Shown: positions 1-8,094 of the stretch, one piece after another | Layout of the letters: each line of letters begins with the position of its first letter | How positions within the stretch are numbered: position 1 is the stretch's first letter | Assembly: GCA_034669905.1 (NCBI GenBank) | Contig: JAXMOL010000025.1 | Span: forward strand, 40,775-104,774 | Direction: 5' to 3' | Origin: Candidatus Hydrogenedentota bacterium | GTDB taxonomy: Bacteria; Hydrogenedentota; Hydrogenedentia; Hydrogenedentales; JAEUWI01 | DNA: 64,000 nt | Made by a program: the position numbers and the translations under genes | The notes under the pieces: generated by a model | The model's input: only the letters and a program-made list of their open reading frames with translations | What the model was told of the DNA's origin: nothing | Database searches by the model: none

Positions 1-269
1 GCAGTAAGGGAAGACCACACAGCAAGGTCGGATACCCAGTTGGAAGCCACACAACTGGATGGGTGCCACCTTCAAAGACGGGAGTGAAACGAGCGGCTTT
101 GTGGGTGCAATGCCCCAAAGGAATACTTTGCACTCGCGCTGTCCACCGTCAACGGTCAACCATCACCCCCCACCACCCTCCGTCCACCAAAACAGCCGAG
201 TCAGCACCAAGCTCCCCGGATGCGACACGCCCACAGACCTTAAAGTAAGATGGGGATAGAGAAACCCTA

Positions 270-440
270 ATGCCTACAACCAGTTACGTTTTAATCGTCA
301 CCATAGTGGCCCTGTCCAGCGTCGGACTCCTCGCCGTCGCCCTTCCTGCCGATTCTCCCGAAAACAACGGCGACTACATCCGCTTCAACTCACCACACTT
401 TAAGGTTACCTGGCTCTTGGAGGAGTTTGGCACCCCATGA
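270..440 (+). CDS. 56-aa small ORF (MPTTSYVLIVTIVALSSVGLLAVALPADSPENN...), possibly a remnant; its signal peptide is paralogous to the start of the Asp-box gene at 4938
   Basis: Read by hand (below the ORF-track cut-off). Upstream gtaagatggggatagagaaaccctaATG nearly matches 4913-4940. Its TGA overlaps the ATG at 437 (ATGA). Confidence 0.4.
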   Translation: MPTTSYVLIVTIVALSSVGLLAVALPADSPENNGDYIRFNSPHFKVTWLLEEFGTP

Positions 441-1027
441 AGAGCTCGTCTAGAATAAACTGCGCAAGTCCCTCCGACGTCCCATCCGTCACCGAAATCC
501 GCGATCTACTTCGCCCCGACCACAAAGTCGTACTGTACTTCACCAAGTGTAAGGATTTAGATAAGAAGCGCATTGTTGAGCAACTCTCGGAAAAGTTACC
601 CGAGTGCTCGGTATTTTTCAGTGGTTCAGACCATGCGACAGAATGGATCACGGTAATGCCGGTTGTTGGGATATCGCAGTTGATTTTGCGATCTGACGAA
701 ATCACGAATGCCATCGATGCCTACAATGAAACGTGCGTATTTCTTCAAGGACGTTATGCGGACGGAACTCTGGCGCCAGACTGGTCAAGCCACGAGCATG
801 GAGAACATTGCCTGTTTGAAAACTCGCTCACCGGGCAGATTGTCGAAGCACCCTTCGCCTACCCTATCTTACCTGAGCACATCGATCCCTACTTCTTCGC
901 CCAGTTCGTCAAGAGTACGCCTTCCTGTGCTACGGTGGCATCCCTTATCACGGACAGCTTTCATGATGGGGCAAGAATCCTGGAATTCATAGTCCCCAAA
1001 AGCGCAGACTACCAAGCAAATTCTTGA
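437..1027 (+). CDS. hypothetical protein, C-terminal half resembles DUF6896
   Basis: 196-aa ORF. Motif W..HEHGEHCLFENSLTGQIVEAP...IDPYFFAQFVKST recalled as DUF6896-like. Visibly more AT-rich than neighbouring genes. Confidence 0.6.
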   Translation: MKSSSRINCASPSDVPSVTEIRDLLRPDHKVVLYFTKCKDLDKKRIVEQLSEKLPECSVFFSGSDHATEWITVMPVVGISQLILRSDEITNAIDAYNETCVFLQGRYADGTLAPDWSSHEHGEHCLFENSLTGQIVEAPFAYPILPEHIDPYFFAQFVKSTPSCATVASLITDSFHDGARILEFIVPKSADYQANS

Positions 1028-1080
1028 CCAGTCAGCGAGACGTCCAAGAAACACAAGGCGAAAATACAGTCCGCGGGTTT

Positions 1081-1605
1081 GTCATCTCCTTCGCCCCAAG
1101 CGAAGAAGGGACTGTAACGGCAGTACGCCTCGTCACCGATACCCCGCCGCCACCCTACCCCAACACCACGAACTCCCATCTCCATTCACTATTCAAGATT
1201 CACCATTCAAAAAACTGCCCCGAAGGGGTAACACGGCTCCCAGCCTGTCATCCCGTCCGCCCAACACGGCCGGGACAGCCTCACGCGTTACGGACCAACC
1301 CCCACCCCAACGGCTGACATTGGCCCTGCCCACCAGCCACCACACCTCAGCCACATCCGCCAAAGTGGGATAGGCTTCCAGCCTGTCATGGCACCCACCA
1401 AGGGAACGGCAAGAATCAGGAGCTTGGACACTCCTGTCCGAGACAAAGCGGACGCAACAACTCAACGATAACGAAGTCCACCCCCGGTCACCCGACACAG
1501 CCGGGACAGCCTCACGCGTCAACACCCACACCGCCCTCCGCCGTGTTTCCTTCCACGACAAGCACCTCCCAAACTCACCGTTACACAATGCGTGAAGGCA
1601 GTCCC
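1081..1605 (+). repeat. composite REP mosaic (three-arm GGGACTG...CAGTCCC element plus GTGGGATAGGCTTCCAGCCTGTC and GGACACTCCTGTCCG REPs), copy 1
   Basis: Arm A gggactgtaacggcag 1108-1123; arm B gggacagcctcacgc 1272-1286 and 1503-1517; arm C gcgtgaaggcagtccc 1590-1605. Colinear with 6250-6658. Confidence 0.85.
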
Positions 1606-1689
1606 CATCTTCAACGGTTAAAATATCAACTGCAAACACCCCACACCAAAACCACGAACTCCCTTTCTTAATTCACTATTCAAAATTCA

Positions 1690-4605
1690 CTATTCCCGTG
1701 ACTCCCGTCCCGTAAGCATCAAGAGTCCAGCCAACAGCAATGCCACCAAGACCAAGTCGCTACCGGGAAAAGCAGGCGACGCTCCGCCAGCAGCATGACA
1801 ACTCGTCGGAAACTTTTCACCTTCACCTTCACCTTCTCCTTCACCTTCTCCTTCTCCTTCACCCTCTCCTTCACCTTCGCCCTCACCAGCCTGCTCTGCC
1901 GCCGCGGAGATCTCGCTCTCCGCCAGCAAGCCATCCATATCCGAATCCATCGTGTCGAAAATCGAGGAATCAAGCGAGGCATAGGCGGCGAGTGCTTCGC
2001 TGAAACTAAGTCGGCCATCCGCATCGAGATCGGCAACGCTGAAACCCGCCTCCAACGACAAACCTGCCGTCCGGATCTCCGTGTTGGTAGGCTTCTCTGG
2101 AAGGGGATCGGAATCGGGCTCGCCATAGACAAAGAGTGTGTAGCTACCCACGCCGACTTTCCGATTGTTCTCGACCTTCACATAGTAGGTACCGCCCGAG
2201 CGGGAACGCCACACGATTTCCGATGCGAGGCCACCACTCCGGCCACGGCCATAGCTACCGACATCCTTACGCACCACCCGCTCCTTGGGATCATACAACT
2301 GCAGCAAAGCCTCCATGTCATCAGAGACCTCCGCCACGCGTATGGTGCAGCGGGTACCCTTGGGGAAATCGACCTGATAGTAGTCCACGTCCCCCACGTG
2401 CTCGATGAGCCCGTAGACAGGCGTGTTATCGATAGGAACCTTCGTAGCCTCCGGTCGGGTGTCTCCCCCCGTATCGCTCGAAATCCCCTGAACGCGCACC
2501 TGAAGCCGGGCCGCACGATGAAATTCTTCCTTGACCGGCGTCTCCTCCAGGTCGAGGTACTCATCCTCCCGATCGTGGTGACGCCGACGTCGCGATTCGT
2601 TCGTCTCAACCGCCTCTCCATCCCGATTGTGGGCCCTGATTACGATATCGTAGAACCCGTCCTTGCGGCCCTCAAAGTCCGTAAGCGCTCCGCTATAGAT
2701 GCCATCCGCTTTATTTCGATCAGCGCCCACACCATCATCCCGCAACTCCATGAAAATCCGCTCGCCACCTGCGGCCGTAATTTCCGCCACCACCGACGCC
2801 CCCGTTATCGGGAGGTCCTTCTCCAGCAACGCCGAGATACGTAGTGGCTCCGGATAGGTCAGATCGTTGTTTACCAGCCCCGCCGTCATTTGGATCTCGC
2901 TACGCTTTTCTTTCAAATCCCCCCGGGCCTGGACGTTGTAGCGCAGGGTCCCAAATCCCTTCAGACTCGCGGCCGACATCGTCCACACACCCGGCTCCGG
3001 CGAGGGAACCCGATACAACAAAACGTGACTGCCATACTGGGCTACCGCCACCCCTTGTTCCACCGCATTTTCCACCGTTATCGCCTTTCCCGACGGCGAA
3101 GTAAGGGTCACCTCAAAGTCCTCCTCCAGCCCCCAGGAACTCAGAAAGGTAATTTCCCCAATGCCCGTGTCGACCGGCCACTCGAACACATCAAACGTGC
3201 CACCCTTATCCGTTTCGCCAAATTCTTCTTCTCCGTTGTCGACGAGATAGTCGTTCGCGCTTACCTCGGCAGCCATCACAGCGTAAAGATCGGTCAGGTA
3301 CGCAGGGTCGTCCGTTTGGAAGACCTGACCACCCGTCCCGCTCGCAAGCCGATTCAACTGGTCCCAATCGGCATCGCCAATCCCCACCGCATGCACACGT
3401 ACCCCCTGATTCACATAACGGGAAATCCACTCATCCGGATCCGATCCCACATTGCTAACCCCATCACTCAAGAGCACCACCGCACGCGGGCGAAAAACAT
3501 CAGCGTTCGCATCCGGATCCTCTGAACCCAACTCAAGACTATTGGTCAAATACAGCCACGCCCGACGAAGGGCATCCCCCATGGCCGTCCCGCCTTCCGC
3601 CTCCAGCGGAAGGATGGCACTCTCAAACCCGGGATGGGGAGGGTCCTGGTCGATGCCCGCAGGCGGAATAACAATATCCTGAACGGTATCGTTAAAGGCG
3701 AGCACCCCAACCCGGTCACCAAGGTGCGTCAACGCCGTCAGGATGTTCGCCCCCGATTTCGCATAGATCAGTTTTTCCCCCGCCATACTGCCCGATTGAT
3801 CAATCGCCATAATCGTCTGCACCCCGGGCACATCCTGAAAGATGAGCTCGACGGCCTCATCGCCCCCCATCTGGAAAAGCGGACCTTCAGCAGGGTGCAC
3901 CAGATCTTCATAGTGGACGCGGGGTCGCTTAGCCAGGTCTTCGACCGGCGGTGGATCAAGCGCAAAAGGACGAACCAAGGTGGCCCAGCAAGAACTCCCA
4001 TGGTAACGCTCCTGCGCCGTCATAAGGGAGTGCGTGGTTTCAATACACAATTCGTCTTGCTCATAGGAATTCCCCATAATGCAAGGGCACTCCACATCCG
4101 TACTGTGTGGCCGATATTCAGTGTCATCGTCTTCGGTGGAGAATACAACGTACTCGTCAAACAGGCCGTAGACGTAATGACCAAGCTCATGGGCAAGAAC
4201 CCGTCCATTATCCTCCGCACTGTTGGGTTCCGTATAGAGGTCGATGTCGCCAAAAACCCTTCCGAAACTATTATCCACCCCGAAAGCACGCCCCGACCGA
4301 TCCTGAAAGTAGACATCACAGTGCTGGTTCTCAACATCGTTCTCGTAAATATAGATACGACGAAGCTTGTGCTTCCCCTCCGTGATGTTAAATAAGTGCC
4401 GCGATCCTGAACGAAACACCGCCGGCAAATAGCTTTCCAAATCGTCTGCGGAGGGAGACCAGTCCAGGGTGACCACCAGGTCAAAGTAGGTGAATCCCGC
4501 CTCTGCATCGTAGACGGCCCGTGACAAGGGATGGTTGTTGGCATTCGCCCCGAAACAGAAAATGAGCGCAGACAACACGCCCCCAAAAGCAATAGAAAGA
4601 CGCAT
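1690..4605 (-). CDS. CLCA-like surface protein: signal peptide, HExxH metalloprotease, VWA, choice-of-anchor-X-like, PPC-like and EF-hand-like domains, (GE)12 linker, C-terminal TM anchor
   Basis: HELGHYVYGLFDEY zincin motif; MIDAS DQSGSM...GGT...LLSDG; LRDDGVGADRNKADGIYSG; GDVDYYQV (PPC-like); DLDADGRLS and DSDMDGLL Ca-binding loops; hydrophobic C-terminus. Confidence 0.85.
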   Translation of the reverse strand: MRLSIAFGGVLSALIFCFGANANNHPLSRAVYDAEAGFTYFDLVVTLDWSPSADDLESYLPAVFRSGSRHLFNITEGKHKLRRIYIYENDVENQHCDVYFQDRSGRAFGVDNSFGRVFGDIDLYTEPNSAEDNGRVLAHELGHYVYGLFDEYVVFSTEDDDTEYRPHSTDVECPCIMGNSYEQDELCIETTHSLMTAQERYHGSSCWATLVRPFALDPPPVEDLAKRPRVHYEDLVHPAEGPLFQMGGDEAVELIFQDVPGVQTIMAIDQSGSMAGEKLIYAKSGANILTALTHLGDRVGVLAFNDTVQDIVIPPAGIDQDPPHPGFESAILPLEAEGGTAMGDALRRAWLYLTNSLELGSEDPDANADVFRPRAVVLLSDGVSNVGSDPDEWISRYVNQGVRVHAVGIGDADWDQLNRLASGTGGQVFQTDDPAYLTDLYAVMAAEVSANDYLVDNGEEEFGETDKGGTFDVFEWPVDTGIGEITFLSSWGLEEDFEVTLTSPSGKAITVENAVEQGVAVAQYGSHVLLYRVPSPEPGVWTMSAASLKGFGTLRYNVQARGDLKEKRSEIQMTAGLVNNDLTYPEPLRISALLEKDLPITGASVVAEITAAGGERIFMELRDDGVGADRNKADGIYSGALTDFEGRKDGFYDIVIRAHNRDGEAVETNESRRRRHHDREDEYLDLEETPVKEEFHRAARLQVRVQGISSDTGGDTRPEATKVPIDNTPVYGLIEHVGDVDYYQVDFPKGTRCTIRVAEVSDDMEALLQLYDPKERVVRKDVGSYGRGRSGGLASEIVWRSRSGGTYYVKVENNRKVGVGSYTLFVYGEPDSDPLPEKPTNTEIRTAGLSLEAGFSVADLDADGRLSFSEALAAYASLDSSIFDTMDSDMDGLLAESEISAAAEQAGEGEGEGEGEGEGEGEGEGEGEGEKFPTSCHAAGGASPAFPGSDLVLVALLLAGLLMLTGRESRE
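1816..1887 (-). repeat. hexanucleotide tandem repeat encoding a (Gly-Glu)12 linker
   Basis: ttcacc/ttctcc-type units, 72 bp, in frame in the 971-aa CDS. Confidence 0.95.
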
Positions 4606-4937
4606 TTCACAACCTCCGTGCGAGTCTGCCCAATAGCCAGTGCGATGTCTGGCAACACCGTTCTAATTCAGGAATGTCACAACCCGCCACGCACACACCA
4701 TGGGGAGACACGGGTCATTCCTGCTCGAAAAACGTGCCCCCGTTGTCGTGGATAGGACACTGCGCAATGTCGCTCCAATAGAGAAACACGCCCAACTACA
4801 CCGACAATTGTACCCGAGAATGCTAGATTCGTAAACTGAACACAGAAACCCTGTACGCAACGACTGGGTCCAACTCCCGTTTTCCCCATGTGATTCACCC
4901 GAAGACATTGAGGTAAGATGGGGATGGAGAAACCCTA

Positions 4938-6152
4938 ATGCCGATACCCAGATACCTCCTAATCATCACGCTGATGGCACTGTCCGGCTTCGGCCAACGC
5001 GCCCTCGCAGCCCCCGCCGATTCCGCCGAAAGCAAAAAATCGAAGATCACCATCCGCGAACACACCATCTTTGATGGCGATCAAGGCTGGACCCACGACG
5101 GCGTAACCTACCGCCTCGCCTGTGGCGCCGCCATCAAACAGGCACCCAATGGCGACCTCCTCTGCTGGTGGCTCTCCGGGACGGATAGCGAACCCGCCAC
5201 GGACAACAACGTCCTCATGGCGCGCTCCACGGACAAGGGCAAAACCTGGAGTGCACCTTCGATTTTCGTGCCCGCCGGTGAAATGGCCGGTGCGGTAACC
5301 AGCATGTACACCACCGCCGACGGACGCATGATCGCCTTCGGCGCCCAATGGCCGGCCGAGCTGCGCTACACCGTCTGGTATTACTTCCGCATGGAATCAC
5401 AGGACAACGGCCACACCTGGACCGCGCCGAGCCCCGTCTCCTTCCACAACGACAACATCGCCTTCGGAAGCCCCATCCGACTGGCCAATGGAGAGCGACT
5501 CTTCGCCGCCTCCTTCTTCGACAAGCGCCCCAAGCCCCTGGAGGCGTCCATCATGGCATTGGTCCATGCCAAAACGGAGGCCGAAGCCCTGGCCATGCCG
5601 GCGGAAGACAAGAAATGGCACGACACGAAATTCGCCACCCACCGCCACGGCGCATCCGTCCTCATCAGCGCCGATGAAGATGGAAAGGAGATGAAAGAGT
5701 ACGGGTACATCGCGAACCGCCCCCTGGGACTCCTCGAGCCCTCGTGCATCCAACTCAAAGACGGCCGCATCGTCATGTTCCTGCGCGCCGAAATGGCCGG
5801 TTTCCTCTGGCGCGCCGAAAGCACCGACAACGGCCGCACCTGGACCGACGCCTGGCAGACCGACATCCCCAACCCCACCTCCGCCATCCATATCCTCCGC
5901 CTCGCCGATGGCCGCATCGCCCTCCTACACAATGCCTGCGGCGAAGTCGGAAAAATGATCCCCCGCGATCCCCTGTCCATCTGGATAAGCGACGACGAAC
6001 TGGAGACCTGGTCGATTAAAGAAGACCTCCTCCACGGCGGCTGGCTCGCCTACCCCTGCGGACTAATCCTCGACGGAAAACTCGTCTTCACCTACGACCG
6101 CAACCGCCGCCAGGCCCAATTCGTCGAAGTCCATATCGCCCCAGCGGAATAA
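4938..6152 (+). CDS. secreted BNR/Asp-box sialidase-like beta-propeller protein
   Basis: Signal peptide; Asp boxes RSTDKGKTW, ESQDNGHTW, ESTDNGRTW, ISDDELETW; LLEP and LAYP motifs. Confidence 0.85.
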   Translation: MPIPRYLLIITLMALSGFGQRALAAPADSAESKKSKITIREHTIFDGDQGWTHDGVTYRLACGAAIKQAPNGDLLCWWLSGTDSEPATDNNVLMARSTDKGKTWSAPSIFVPAGEMAGAVTSMYTTADGRMIAFGAQWPAELRYTVWYYFRMESQDNGHTWTAPSPVSFHNDNIAFGSPIRLANGERLFAASFFDKRPKPLEASIMALVHAKTEAEALAMPAEDKKWHDTKFATHRHGASVLISADEDGKEMKEYGYIANRPLGLLEPSCIQLKDGRIVMFLRAEMAGFLWRAESTDNGRTWTDAWQTDIPNPTSAIHILRLADGRIALLHNACGEVGKMIPRDPLSIWISDDELETWSIKEDLLHGGWLAYPCGLILDGKLVFTYDRNRRQAQFVEVHIAPAE

Positions 6153-6229
6153 CCCGCACCGCACCGAACGCAGACATCCCACGCTCGGGACTCAGACATT
6201 CCCGTCTGACAGAATACCCGCCAGAGCCC

Positions 6230-6691
6230 CCCTCAACCACATCCACCAAAGTGGGATAGGCTTCCAGCCTGTCATGGCACCCACCCAACACAGCCGAGAC
6301 AGCCTCACGCATTACCACCCAAACCGCACCCCAACGGCTTACATTGACCCTGCCCACCAGAGACCACGCCTCAGCCACATCCGCCAAAGTGGGATAGGCT
6401 TCCAGCCTGTCATAATGCCCGCCCAACTCACCCCACGAAACGGCACCCAAGAAGGGGACGGCAAAAATCCGGAGCTTGGACACTCCTGTCCGAGACAAAG
6501 CACACGCCACGTCTCAGCCAAAACGAATTCCACCCCCAGTCACCCGACACAGCCGGGACAGCCTCACGCGTCGACACCCACACCGCACCCCGACGTCGTT
6601 CGTTGCACCACCAGCACCACCCCAAACCCGACGAAGCACAACGCGTGAAGGCAGTCCCCCACTGTCAACCGTCCACTCTCAACTCTCAATT
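6230..6691 (+). repeat. composite REP mosaic copy 2, followed by heptamer repeats
   Basis: gtgggataggcttccagcctgtc at 6251 and 6389; arm B at 6293 and 6552; ggacactcctgtccg near 6478; arm C 6643-6658; gtcaacc/gtccact/ctcaact heptamers 6664-6691. Confidence 0.85.
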
Positions 6692-7731
6692 GTAACCGCC
6701 GCACCACCCGTCTCCGCCGATTCAAACAACGCCGCCATCACCTTATGACACGCCAGTGAGCGGTCCGGCCATTGGGGGTCTACCTTCCCCGACTGCACAA
6801 TCGCCGAATAGGCCTCCACCAGCTTCACCACATGGTCACAGGGTTCGACCTTCACCTCCACGTCCTTCCCCATCACATCCCCCAGAAAATAGTGGCCACT
6901 GCCGGTATAGGCCCCTTCGTAGGCGGAGAAGTCACCGCTCCGGCCCTGGCCCGCCACGAGGTCGTCCACCCGGATGAGACCCGTCTCGCCCACCGCCTCA
7001 AATTGCGAACGGTGCGGCAGTTCCACACCGCAATCGAAGGTCGCCATGCGCCCGTCGGAAAACCACAGGGTCCCGCCGCAGGCCACGATGGTGTCCACCG
7101 AATTCTTCGACACAAAGGTCATTTGCACGCGCTCGGGCAGGGCGTAATTATACGCCCAGAGAATCGCGCCGATGGGATACCACCCTTGGTCGCCGAAACA
7201 GCCCATGGGCTCCCGGGTCTTGTCGGTGCGCCCGTTGCCCCCTTCGTACCACGCCTTGTCGGGGGCCTTAAAGGTGAAGGCGGCCGTAACGCGCCGCACA
7301 TTCCCTAAATCGCCCGCTGCAATGCGCTGCTCCATCGCGTGGGTGCGCGTGCTGTGGACCCACATGGTGCCATCCATGAATTGCACCCCCTCTTCCCGGC
7401 ACACCTGGATGGCTTCTTCGATACCATCGGCAAAAGGCTTTTCCGCATAGACGTGCTTGCCCGCCCGGGCTGCCTTCTTGATCCACTCGTTCCGCAGCGC
7501 GCTCGGCAACGGAATGTAGACGGCATCGATGCTCTCATCGGCGAGCAACTCGTCATAGGACGCAAAAGCACGGGGCACCTTGTGCTCCGCCGCCCACGCC
7601 TCGGCCTTTTCCAGTGAGCGACTGGCAACCGCCACCACTTCGGCGTTTCCGGCGTCGTGCATGCCCGCCACGACCTTGGTGGCAATTTCGGCGGTGCTCA
7701 AGATTCCCCAGCGAATCGTGCGATTTTCCAT
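6679..7731 (-). CDS. Gfo/Idh/MocA family oxidoreductase
   Basis: IRWGILSTAEIA Rossmann start; DAVYIPLP; GKHVYAEKP; GCFGDQGWY. Confidence 0.92.
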   Translation of the reverse strand: MENRTIRWGILSTAEIATKVVAGMHDAGNAEVVAVASRSLEKAEAWAAEHKVPRAFASYDELLADESIDAVYIPLPSALRNEWIKKAARAGKHVYAEKPFADGIEEAIQVCREEGVQFMDGTMWVHSTRTHAMEQRIAAGDLGNVRRVTAAFTFKAPDKAWYEGGNGRTDKTREPMGCFGDQGWYPIGAILWAYNYALPERVQMTFVSKNSVDTIVACGGTLWFSDGRMATFDCGVELPHRSQFEAVGETGLIRVDDLVAGQGRSGDFSAYEGAYTGSGHYFLGDVMGKDVEVKVEPCDHVVKLVEAYSAIVQSGKVDPQWPDRSLACHKVMAALFESAETGGAAVTIES

Positions 7732-7898
7732 GATTTATCCCTTTCCATCGGCCTGCGGAACGGCCTGTAAATACTGTTAGAACCCGTTGCGGAACTTGAA
7801 GAGCCACCGCGTCAATTTCGGTCCCCTAGGATACCACGTAGCATTCCCCCACGCACCACAGAGGCCACGCCCACGGCACTAAAACAGGGAATTCGGCC

Positions 7899-8050
7899 GT
7901 GCCGCGCGATCCCGAGGAACGAGGGTTCGTGCGATTGGGGTGTGTCCACCGCACCCTTGGCAAGAGTCGATCTCATAGGGCTGTCGGGGAGCTTTACGCA
8001 CGAACCCGTCAGGACTCGTTGAGACTCGCCTTTTGGGGATCGCGCGGCAC
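7899..8050. repeat. nested-hairpin REP doublet (GTGCCGCGCGATC outer stem, GTTCGTGCG inner stem), copy 1
   Basis: gtgccgcgcgatccc 7899-7913 pairs with 8036-8050; gggttcgtgcg 7923-7933 pairs with 7997-8007. Same stems recur at 31451-31646. Confidence 0.8.
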
Positions 8051-8094
8051 AATCGGCACAGGATGTCGGCCCCCCCATTCACCGCGACAAGGCC

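Noticed and set aside
1024..1639. ORFs 1024..1317, 1193..1639 and the similar 6088..6510 and 6274..6648
   Set aside because: They are translations of REP DNA (HDRLEAYPT, REAVPAVS) with no protein features.
7899..8050. 6S RNA-like long hairpin
   Set aside because: The same stems recur at 31451-31646 with a different loop, which favours a repeat. No 6S consensus was recognised.
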